DNA of 25,312 nucleotides. Source: a virus. Lineage: Duplodnaviria; Heunggongvirae; Uroviricota; Caudoviricetes. Positions 1-7,058 of the stretch are shown piece after piece (the stretch's first letter is position 1; each line of letters begins with the position of its first letter). The notes beneath the pieces were generated by a model. That model made no database searches and was not told where the DNA came from. It saw only the letters and a list, made by a program, of their open reading frames with translations. The translations under genes were made by a program, and so were the position numbers. The stretch lies in IMG/VR virus record IMGVR_UViG_648276668_000012. One strand, given 5' to 3'.

Positions 1-1056
1 TTATTGCGGGGTAATGCCAACCGCTGCCGCCACTTTGTCGCCATTTGGTAACGTTGCCAGTGGATTGAAACGGAGCGCCGTTTCCAAATGATCCGGTGCC
101 AGATGCGCATAACGCATAGTCATTTTTATATCGTGGTGTCCGAGAATTTTTTGTAAGGCCAAGATGTTTCCACCCGACATCATGAAGTGCGCCGCAAACG
201 TATGGCGCAGAACGTGTGTCAGTTGACCGCGAGGGAGAACGATAGACGTTTTTTCCATCACGGATAAAAATTGAAAATAGCAGTCTGTGAAGAAATTGAA
301 CCCATCGAGCGCCATGATCTCTTCATAAAGCTCTTTACTGATAGGGATGCTTCTGTTTTTCTTCCCCTTCGTTCTCACAAAGGTGATTCGGTACTTGGTG
401 ACCTGTGAGCGGGTAAGATTGATTGCTTCTCGCCAACGTGCGCCTGTACTTAGACATATTTTTACCACCAGTGCCAGAATTGGGTTCTGACGTTTGCAGT
501 CAGACAGTAATTCGATAATCTGCTCATGTGTAAGCCATGCCATTTCCTTTTCTGCGATAGTGAATTTGCGCATCTTCTCTAATGGGTTTGGAAGTGTCCA
601 TTCACCCAGGCGGGAAAGTTCTCTGAAAACGCTGCTTAGATGGCTTTGCTCCAGGTTAACAGTAACTGGGCTTGCTCCTTTCTTCCATTTTTCACTGAAG
701 TAGATTTCACCAGTAAGGCGTTTATCGCGATAGTGAGCAAACATTTTTGAGGTGAGATCAGTTGCAAGGGGATTTCCCAAGGCGTCAACCATCAACAGCA
801 GCTTGTTGTAGACATGCTGTCCGGCAGTAAGAGATTTGCCATGTAATTTGAACCATAGCTCAACCATATCTTTCAGTGTCCGACGATCCACTGATTCGCC
901 CAGCCAGGGCTTTGCTTCTATTTCCCCCATGGTGTATCGCTCGAAGGCCAGTGCTTCGCCTTTGGTGGCGAATTGTTTACGCACACGGCGTCCGCTACGT
1001 CCGGCGGGGTAACATTCGCAAAGCCATTTCCCTGTGGTTAGTTTTCGTACTGCCAT
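1..1056 (-). CDS. int: Tyrosine site-specific integrase (P2/186 family)
   Basis: 351-aa ORF; C-terminal catalytic region with conserved tyrosine-recombinase residues (HxxR ... MTMRYAHLAP); GGAGGG RBS 8 nt upstream of the ATG; sits at the prophage edge next to the repressor module. Confidence 0.9.
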   Translation of the reverse strand: MAVRKLTTGKWLCECYPAGRSGRRVRKQFATKGEALAFERYTMGEIEAKPWLGESVDRRTLKDMVELWFKLHGKSLTAGQHVYNKLLLMVDALGNPLATDLTSKMFAHYRDKRLTGEIYFSEKWKKGASPVTVNLEQSHLSSVFRELSRLGEWTLPNPLEKMRKFTIAEKEMAWLTHEQIIELLSDCKRQNPILALVVKICLSTGARWREAINLTRSQVTKYRITFVRTKGKKNRSIPISKELYEEIMALDGFNFFTDCYFQFLSVMEKTSIVLPRGQLTHVLRHTFAAHFMMSGGNILALQKILGHHDIKMTMRYAHLAPDHLETALRFNPLATLPNGDKVAAAVGITPQ

Positions 1057-1134
1057 AAAAAATGCCCTCCAATAGAGAGCATTTTTACTGTATGTATAAC
1101 CAGTGTCAATGTATGATGCTTAAGGTTACATACA

Positions 1135-1506
1135 TCATAAGTACCGATATGATTGCGGGGCCGTTATGTTATCACCTAATGAACTTAGATGAAGTGGTTG
1201 GTCATAGATTTTTAGATTACCAATTTCTATAGCAAAGGCCTTTTCTTTGCTATGAAAATATGAGTCAAAAAATTGTTTACTGATACCCGCGTATTGGCTT
1301 GTTTTTTCCCATACAATACTCGGCTTGCCTTCTATAACATCTGCAATGTCAAATTCAGCAACAACTTTACCGACAGGCATTGTTGAATAAATAACCACAG
1401 ATTTTACATCCGGGTTTTTGAAAATACCTTTCCTGAATTCAAACTTCTTTGTTCCATTAAGAATTTTTTCAACAAATTCAGGTTTTATTGACAATAACAC
1501 TTTCAT
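1135..1506 (-). CDS. ASCH-domain (PUA-like fold) protein
   Basis: 123-aa ORF; N-terminal 'LSIKPEFVEKILNGTKKFEFRKG' matches the ASCH-domain signature by recall; AT-rich codon usage unlike the phage backbone. Confidence 0.6.
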   Translation of the reverse strand: MKVLLSIKPEFVEKILNGTKKFEFRKGIFKNPDVKSVVIYSTMPVGKVVAEFDIADVIEGKPSIVWEKTSQYAGISKQFFDSYFHSKEKAFAIEIGNLKIYDQPLHLSSLGDNITAPQSYRYL

Positions 1507-1711
1507 CTACAGCACCAAGTTTAATTATATCGTCAAATTGCTTATCGGTTAATTTAACAACACCCCAACGGTTTTTAGGATTCAAACCAATTTCTTCGAT
1601 TAGTTTAGCACGATTTATTCTTTTAGGTAAAGCTAGATTATATGTAAAACTAATAATGTAAGGGTATCTTTTTGTTTGATAGAATTTTTTTAATTCATTT
1701 TCAGAAAACAC
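1478..1711 (-). CDS. Hypothetical small protein (77 aa), overlaps the ASCH gene by 29 nt
   Basis: ORF with GTG start and no clear Shine-Dalgarno; different frame from the downstream ASCH ORF; could be a separate coupled gene or an artefact. Confidence 0.35.
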   Translation of the reverse strand: MFSENELKKFYQTKRYPYIISFTYNLALPKRINRAKLIEEIGLNPKNRWGVVKLTDKQFDDIIKLGAVDESVIVNKT

Positions 1712-1851
1712 ACTGTATCGTGCACAATACTGTATGAATTCATTTTCACTATGAAAAGAATCAATATATCTAATATCTTCAACTACACATAATGACGTTG
1801 CGACAGAACGATAGTATGCTCTGTTCTCTTCGTCACTTGTTCTGTAAACAA

Positions 1852-2553
1852 CTAATATGTCATGTTTTTTATTTTTGTTACATCATGCATTCTGCATATG
1901 TATATTTTTCTAATGCTGTTAGCATGAGATACATCCGTTATTATATCTGGAGATTCGGTGACGAGTTTTGAATCCGGAAAAAGTTTAGTATGAAATTTAG
2001 GGTATATTGATAATAGATATTTGCTCTCATTATTTTTATTGTTTATATATGGGTAATCAGAAAGAATATCTCCTGTGAGGTGATCTCTATTCATCTCTCT
2101 TACTAAGACATTTTCTATACCATTTGCGGTTTTTTTTGTGCCATGAAGAATGAATCCATAAAGTTTGAATAGTTTTATTAAATATTCATGTTTTTCAAAT
2201 ACAGTAACATAAATATCATTAACTTTTTCTTTTAAAGCATGGTCAAATATTTTTTTAAAAACGTTGTCCTCGTAATGTTTTTTTGTGTTGAACTTAAAAG
2301 TTCCAATTTTCAAATGCTTATCGTTAACGATTGATGGTGTAACATCTGTTATTGTACCGTGCTCAATTTTTAAATACATAAAACCATCAATGGTATTATC
2401 GTCATTATAAAGTACATATGCTTTTTCTTCTGGATTCAGGCTTTTTTTGTTAAACCATTCAATAAAACCGTGTTTATAGTCATTTTTTAATGAATCAAAG
2501 AATATATCATCAAAATTTACTTGACTGAATGGAATAAGCTTTAAATTTTCCAT
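1852..2553 (-). CDS. Hypothetical protein (233 aa), cargo island; possible acyl-transferase-like fold (weak)
   Basis: Uninterrupted 233-aa ORF, AT-rich, co-oriented with flanking genes; C-terminal segment 'EKHEYLIKLFKLYGFILHG' loosely resembles the GNAT motif B region, but no clear motif A. Confidence 0.5.
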   Translation of the reverse strand: MENLKLIPFSQVNFDDIFFDSLKNDYKHGFIEWFNKKSLNPEEKAYVLYNDDNTIDGFMYLKIEHGTITDVTPSIVNDKHLKIGTFKFNTKKHYEDNVFKKIFDHALKEKVNDIYVTVFEKHEYLIKLFKLYGFILHGTKKTANGIENVLVREMNRDHLTGDILSDYPYINNKNNESKYLLSIYPKFHTKLFPDSKLVTESPDIITDVSHANSIRKIYICRMHDVTKIKNMTY

Positions 2554-2580
2554 GTTGCCCCCTGTTTAATTTTTGTGTGA

Positions 2581-3651
2581 TTATCTTCTATAGGTCAAAA
2601 GGTGAATTAATATATATATTGCAATAGCTAGGATTGCTCCACATATATAATATGTGCCTGTCGGTATGAATTTAAGAATAAAAGCAAAGGCGGCACCATA
2701 TATCAAGTATGCGAAAATTTTACTGAATTTTGTTTTCGTGTTTTTAAACTTCACAACAACAGAGAAGTCATTTAGTCTTGCTTTTTTATCATTAACAATC
2801 TTCCAATGGTAAATCATAGGATCGTGATCACCAAATGAAATATCCTTATCGAAATATTTTGTCCATGTTTCAGACTCTAATATTCTACATCCTTTATAAC
2901 TTGAACCAGATGCTGAACATTCATCAACAATATCTCTAATGATAAACAAATGTGTTTTTAAAGGCGTACAAGCGGCGCTCGCCAGAGTTGTAGCGATTTC
3001 TGAAGGTAGGTTTCTTTGTTCATTGATCCTAAAGTCAATAATATCAGAACGCTCAATATTGCTTTTGAGAAAGAGATCTTTGGGATAAAATGTTTTTACT
3101 AAAATACCTATATCATCAATGTTGAGTTTAACGCGAAATCTCAAGTAATGTGGAGCGTCCTCTGAAGATAGGCAATCTTTTAGCTTGAAAACAATAAAAG
3201 TACCATTATGTATTTTAGTTACCTTAACTCTACGGTCAAGTTCACCACCACTAAAAGTTAGCTTTGTATTAACAACTAAATCACCTTTATTCGCGAGTAC
3301 TAATTTTAAATGTCTGACGTCTACAGTTTTGGTATTAATAAGATACTCATTAAAAACAGCCGTTACGAGATCTCGGCTTGACTCGAGATTTTCACTAAGA
3401 TCCGAAAAAAAACAGTTTTCTTTCTCAAATGGTAAAAATATGCATATTGCGCCATGATTTGCAATAGTATCGTCATCGGGTTTTTCAAACGTAATACCAA
3501 AATCTAAATAACCAAATTTATGAGCACTTAGATTCCAAAAGTTTATATGCAACTCATTAATAAAATTCTTGTGTTCAGGGTTATAGGTCGAGCTCGAATC
3601 ACTGCGATAATCCCTGCATCCCCAGACAGCAAAACTTTTTGACATAAACAT
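2581..3651 (-). CDS. Hypothetical protein (356 aa) with C-terminal double transmembrane anchor
   Basis: Long AT-rich ORF; last ~45 residues form two hydrophobic helices (IFAYLIYGAAFAFILKF ... YYICGAILAIAIYILIHLL); no recognisable catalytic motif. Confidence 0.55.
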   Translation of the reverse strand: MFMSKSFAVWGCRDYRSDSSSTYNPEHKNFINELHINFWNLSAHKFGYLDFGITFEKPDDDTIANHGAICIFLPFEKENCFFSDLSENLESSRDLVTAVFNEYLINTKTVDVRHLKLVLANKGDLVVNTKLTFSGGELDRRVKVTKIHNGTFIVFKLKDCLSSEDAPHYLRFRVKLNIDDIGILVKTFYPKDLFLKSNIERSDIIDFRINEQRNLPSEIATTLASAACTPLKTHLFIIRDIVDECSASGSSYKGCRILESETWTKYFDKDISFGDHDPMIYHWKIVNDKKARLNDFSVVVKFKNTKTKFSKIFAYLIYGAAFAFILKFIPTGTYYICGAILAIAIYILIHLLTYRR

Positions 3652-3673
3652 TTCCTTATATCATAGTAAGTTA

Positions 3674-4240
3674 TTATACATCTGATAATATTTTTCGATA
3701 GCATCTTGCGATGGGTTTAATATCGTCAAGCATACAATCAAAAGATGTTTGTCCACTGCTAACTTGCACTCTCCCAACTGGAATTCTAACCAGATCACGA
3801 GAACTTATTTTTCCTTCTATTTCAACAATCCATTTCCCATCAATAATTTCATCAAATTTCATGTCTACTAGATAATTATCTGATAACTCAGAAAATATTG
3901 CGGGGGTAATCATATCCTCCGGGAGCAAATCTTTATCAAAAATGTAAGAGGAATCACCTTGTAGCTTGCCATCTACTATTTTGTAATGTGGCAATTTTAT
4001 ACCTTCTTTCGTTGCCTCAAGACGAGGGGAACCAACACCAGACACTAACCACTCGAGAGACACTCCCGTTTCTAGAGCGCACTGGATTACCCAATCTGCT
4101 GGAAAAATATCACGCATATAGCGCGTTGCCATGGTGCTCTTAGAAACACCTAAATGATCACAGAGAGCCTGACGGGTACCGAACCCATATGCTTCAACTA
4201 AACGTTCTATGGCTTTCTTACCGCCGCTATTGAAATCCAT
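3674..4240 (-). CDS. cI: CI-type immunity repressor (186 CI-like)
   Basis: Protein 'MDFNSGGKKAIERLVEAYGF...CALETGVSLEWLVSGVG' resembles the 186 CI N-terminal DNA-binding domain; chosen start has GGAG RBS 6 nt upstream (the track's longer ORF to 4327 lacks this); position between int and apl/cII. Confidence 0.75.
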   Translation of the reverse strand: MDFNSGGKKAIERLVEAYGFGTRQALCDHLGVSKSTMATRYMRDIFPADWVIQCALETGVSLEWLVSGVGSPRLEATKEGIKLPHYKIVDGKLQGDSSYIFDKDLLPEDMITPAIFSELSDNYLVDMKFDEIIDGKWIVEIEGKISSRDLVRIPVGRVQVSSGQTSFDCMLDDIKPIARCYRKILSDV

Positions 4241-4267
4241 AAGTTCTCCAAAGAAATCCAAAATTCG

Positions 4268-4296
4268 TTGACAGATTCCAAAAGCGATCTTAAAGT
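4268..4296 (+). promoter_or_regulatory. Candidate rightward early promoter (pR-like): TTGACA-N17-TAAAGT
   Basis: Perfect -35 hexamer TTGACA at 4268-4273, 17-nt spacer, -10-like TAAAGT at 4291-4296, about 90 bp upstream of the apl start. Confidence 0.4.
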
Positions 4297-4385
4297 TGAA
4301 CCAGAAGTGTTCTTTTGGAGCCTTCACTACTAATCACGACAAACAACGGCTCGCCACAAGCCATATCTAGAAGGAATGTTGCCTT

Positions 4386-4589
4386 ATGACACCTAACATT
4401 TCAATTACTCTGAATACACCACATGTCACAATCGAACGTTATAGCGAACTGACTGGCCTTTCTATTGATACGATTAACGACATGTTGGCTGATGGCCGAC
4501 TACCTCGTCATCGTCTTCGTAAAGACAAAAAACGTGAAAAGGTAATGATTAACCTGGCTGCTCTGACTGTTGATGCTTTGTCTGCTTAA
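4386..4589 (+). CDS. apl: Apl/Cox-like excisionase and transcriptional regulator
   Basis: 67-aa protein with helix-turn-helix-like segment ([22 protein letters not shown]); first gene of the rightward operon, divergent from cI, as in 186/P2. Confidence 0.6.
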   Translation: MTPNISITLNTPHVTIERYSELTGLSIDTINDMLADGRLPRHRLRKDKKREKVMINLAALTVDALSA

Positions 4590-4644
4590 TAGACGTCTAT
4601 TTTCGCAATAAGACGCTGAGTTCGATTTTGCGATAAGTTCGGAG

Positions 4645-5163
4645 TTGAAAACCATGTTTGATTACCAAGTTTCCAAACATCCACATTTTGATGAAGCCTG
4701 TCGTGCATTCGCACTGCGCCACAACCTGGTGCAACTGGCAGAATGTGCAGGCATGAATGTACAGATTCTGCGGAACAAGCTGAACCCAGCTCAACCTCAT
4801 TTATTAACCGCACCAGAAATCTGGCTGCTTACCGATCTGACTGAAGATTCAACGCTGGTAGATGGTTTTCTGGCTCAGATTCACTGCCTGCCATGCGTAC
4901 CGATTAATGAGGTGGCAAAAGAGAAACTGCCGCATTACGTCATGAGTGCAACTGCTGAAATTGGGCGTGTCGCGGCAGGTGCGGTTTCTGGCGATGTAAA
5001 AACCAGTGCCGGTCGTCGTGATGCTATCAGCAGCATTAACTCTGTAACACGACTGATGGCGCTGGCCGCTGTTTCATTGCAGGCCCGTTTACAGGCTAAT
5101 CCTGCGATGGCGAGTGCAGTTGATACCGTGACTGGCCTCGGTGCTTCATTCGGTTTGCTGTGA
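4645..5163 (+). CDS. cII: CII-like lysogeny establishment regulator (186 CII family)
   Basis: N-terminus '[20 protein letters not shown]' and C-terminus '...[21 protein letters not shown]' closely match the remembered 186 CII sequence; true start may be the ATG at 4654. Confidence 0.8.
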   Translation: MKTMFDYQVSKHPHFDEACRAFALRHNLVQLAECAGMNVQILRNKLNPAQPHLLTAPEIWLLTDLTEDSTLVDGFLAQIHCLPCVPINEVAKEKLPHYVMSATAEIGRVAAGAVSGDVKTSAGRRDAISSINSVTRLMALAAVSLQARLQANPAMASAVDTVTGLGASFGLL

Positions 5164-5170
5164 GGTGCTT

Positions 5171-5371
5171 ATGCTGACGAAAGAACCATCATTTGCATCG
5201 CTGCTGGTAAAACAAAGCCCGGCAATGCACTACGGTCACGGCTGGATCATGGGGGAGGATGGTAAACGCTGGCATCCGTGCCGTTCACAAGATGAATTGC
5301 TGGCAGAACTATCTACGAATAAACGGGGGAACAAATGGCTATTGAAGGCGCTGCGGCGACTGTTCCATTAA
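5171..5371 (+). CDS. Hypothetical early protein (position equivalent to 186 fil)
   Basis: ATG at 5171 preceded by GAGG; 66 aa; assignment by position only. Confidence 0.45.
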   Translation: MLTKEPSFASLLVKQSPAMHYGHGWIMGEDGKRWHPCRSQDELLAELSTNKRGNKWLLKALRRLFH

Positions 5372-5676
5372 GCCCCGGTGAACGCCTGAATGGACTTAAT
5401 CACATTGCGGAATTAAGGGCGAAAGTATTTGGCCTGAATATTGAGTCAGAACTTGAGCGGTTTATTAAAGATATGCGTGATCCACGGGATATCAATAATG
5501 AACAAAATAAACGGGCACTGGCTGCCATATTCTTTATGGCAAAAATTCCAGCTGAACGTCATAGCATCAGCATTAATGAGCTGACCACTGACGAAAAGCG
5601 GGAGTTGATTAAAGCAATGAATCATTTTCGTGCAGTGGTGAGCTTATTTCCCAGACGGCTAACCATGCCGAATTAA
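5335..5676 (+). CDS. Hypothetical early protein (113 aa)
   Basis: ORF in the early rightward operon with backbone-like GC; overlaps the upstream ORF by 37 nt. Confidence 0.5.
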   Translation: MAIEGAAATVPLSPGERLNGLNHIAELRAKVFGLNIESELERFIKDMRDPRDINNEQNKRALAAIFFMAKIPAERHSISINELTTDEKRELIKAMNHFRAVVSLFPRRLTMPN

Positions 5677-5743
5677 CCAACTAATGAAATTAATGGCGTA
5701 AACCCGCCGGGTATCCCTTTATCTAAATTCAGGAGAATTGATT

Positions 5744-5977
5744 ATGCGTAATATTGAAACCCTCACGACTAAAACCGGACCGGATGATGCAGGGCTTAAT
5801 ATTTTACTGACAGAGGCTCGTCTGGAAGAACGCCGGGCAAGGGCTGAAGCAATGGCAGCTCGCCTTGATAGCCTGGCGTGTCATATCACATCCCGCCAGC
5901 TAAACCACGTCGAAGCAGCAGAACTACTGCGTGTAACTGCTGAAGCAATCCAGAACGAAGCGCAGGAGATCCACTAA
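5744..5977 (+). CDS. Hypothetical early protein (about 78 aa, alanine-rich coiled-coil-like)
   Basis: AGGAG RBS 8 nt upstream of the ATG at 5744; conserved position before the TraR-like gene in P2-like phages. Confidence 0.5.
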   Translation: MRNIETLTTKTGPDDAGLNILLTEARLEERRARAEAMAARLDSLACHITSRQLNHVEAAELLRVTAEAIQNEAQEIH

Positions 5978-6204
5978 TGGCTGATGCAATGGATCTCGTA
6001 CAGCAGCGCGTTGAAGAAGAACGCCAGCGCCATATCCGTGCTGCCCGTGCCAAAACGCCGGGCGTGTCCCGCGTGCTTTGCATTGAGTGTGAAGCGCCAA
6101 TTCCGCCAGCACGCCGCCGCGCTATTCCAGGTGTGCAGCTTTGCATTACCTGCCAGGAGATCGCAGAGCTGAAAGGCAAACATTACAACGGAGGTGCTGT
6201 ATGA
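5977..6204 (+). CDS. TraR/DksA-family C4 zinc-finger protein
   Basis: CxxC...CxxC motif (CIECEAPIPP...LCITCQ); 75 aa; typical of P2 orf82-like early proteins. Confidence 0.7.
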   Translation: MADAMDLVQQRVEEERQRHIRAARAKTPGVSRVLCIECEAPIPPARRRAIPGVQLCITCQEIAELKGKHYNGGAV

Positions 6205-7058
6205 GCACCATCCTGAAATGGGCGGGTAATAAAACCGTCATTATGCCAGAACTGAAAAAATACCTTCCTGCTGGCCCGCGACTGGTTGAACCTTTCGCGG
6301 GTTCTTGTGCTGTGATGATGGAGACGGATTACCCCAGCTATCTGGTTGCGGATATTAATCCTGATTTAATCAACCTCTATAAAAAGGTTGCCGCTGATTG
6401 TGAATCGTTTATATCTCGCGCCAGAGTTTTATTTGAGAACGCAAACAGGGAGATGGCTTATTACAACATAAGGCAGGAGTTTAATTACTCAACTGAAATT
6501 ACTGATTTCATGAAAGCGGTATATTTCCTGTATCTCAATCGTCACGGTTACCGTGGTTTATGTCGCTATAACAAGAGCGGGCATTTCAACATTCCCTATG
6601 GTAATTATAAAAATCCGTATTTCCCTGAAAAAGAAATTCGCGCATTTGCAGAAAAGGCCCAGCGAGCCACGTTTATCTGCGCCAGCTTTGATGAAACGCT
6701 GGCGATGTTGAAGGCGGGGGATGTGGTGTATTGCGATCCGCCTTATGACGGTGCGTTTTCCGGCTATCACACTGACGGCTTCACTGAAGATGACCAGTAT
6801 CACCTGGCATCCGTTCTTGAACATCGGTCATCAGAAGGACATCCGGTCATTGTTTCTAACAGTGACACATCCCTGATCCGTTCGCTGTATCGCAATTTTA
6901 CTCACCACTACATCAAGGCAAAACGCAGCATTGGCGTGGCAGCTGGTGAGAGTAAATCTGCAACAGAAATCATCGCTGTTTCCGGGCCGCGCTGCTGGGT
7001 AGGATTTGATCCTTCGCGTGGCGTGGATTGTTCCGTCGTGTACGGAGTGCGTGCATGA
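6201..7058 (+). CDS. dam: DNA adenine methyltransferase (Dam family, N6-adenine)
   Basis: N-terminal 'ILKWAGNK' AdoMet-binding motif and catalytic 'DPPY' motif ([10 protein letters not shown]); GGAGG RBS; ATGA overlap with the upstream gene. Confidence 0.85.
   Translation: MSTILKWAGNKTVIMPELKKYLPAGPRLVEPFAGSCAVMMETDYPSYLVADINPDLINLYKKVAADCESFISRARVLFENANREMAYYNIRQEFNYSTEITDFMKAVYFLYLNRHGYRGLCRYNKSGHFNIPYGNYKNPYFPEKEIRAFAEKAQRATFICASFDETLAMLKAGDVVYCDPPYDGAFSGYHTDGFTEDDQYHLASVLEHRSSEGHPVIVSNSDTSLIRSLYRNFTHHYIKAKRSIGVAAGESKSATEIIAVSGPRCWVGFDPSRGVDCSVVYGVRA

Noticed and set aside
494-1058. Plus-strand ORFs of 69 and 60 aa inside the integrase gene
   Set aside because: Antisense to int; no support.
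1057-1134. AT-rich inverted repeats between the ASCH gene and int, as a possible attachment-site core
   Set aside because: In P2/186 prophages the att site lies beyond the 3' end of int, outside this window; these weak AT-rich repeats overlap the int RBS and are more likely translation-initiation context.
1712-1731. Possible LexA box (CTGTATCGTGCACAATACTG)
   Set aside because: Spacing and half-sites do not fit CTGT-N8-ACAG (the distal half is ACTG and the spacer is 12 nt); kept only as a generic palindrome.
3185-3457. 90-aa plus-strand ORF
   Set aside because: Embedded antisense in the 356-aa island gene; AT-rich random ORF.
4241-4327. N-terminal extension of the cI ORF (track start at 4327)
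   Set aside because: The internal ATG at 4240 has a GGAG Shine-Dalgarno and yields the expected CI length; the extension would overlap the predicted pR promoter.
7028-7054. Upstream alternative start of the replication gene
   Set aside because: The ATG at 7055 overlaps the dam stop (ATGA), a typical translational-coupling arrangement; the upstream start has no RBS.
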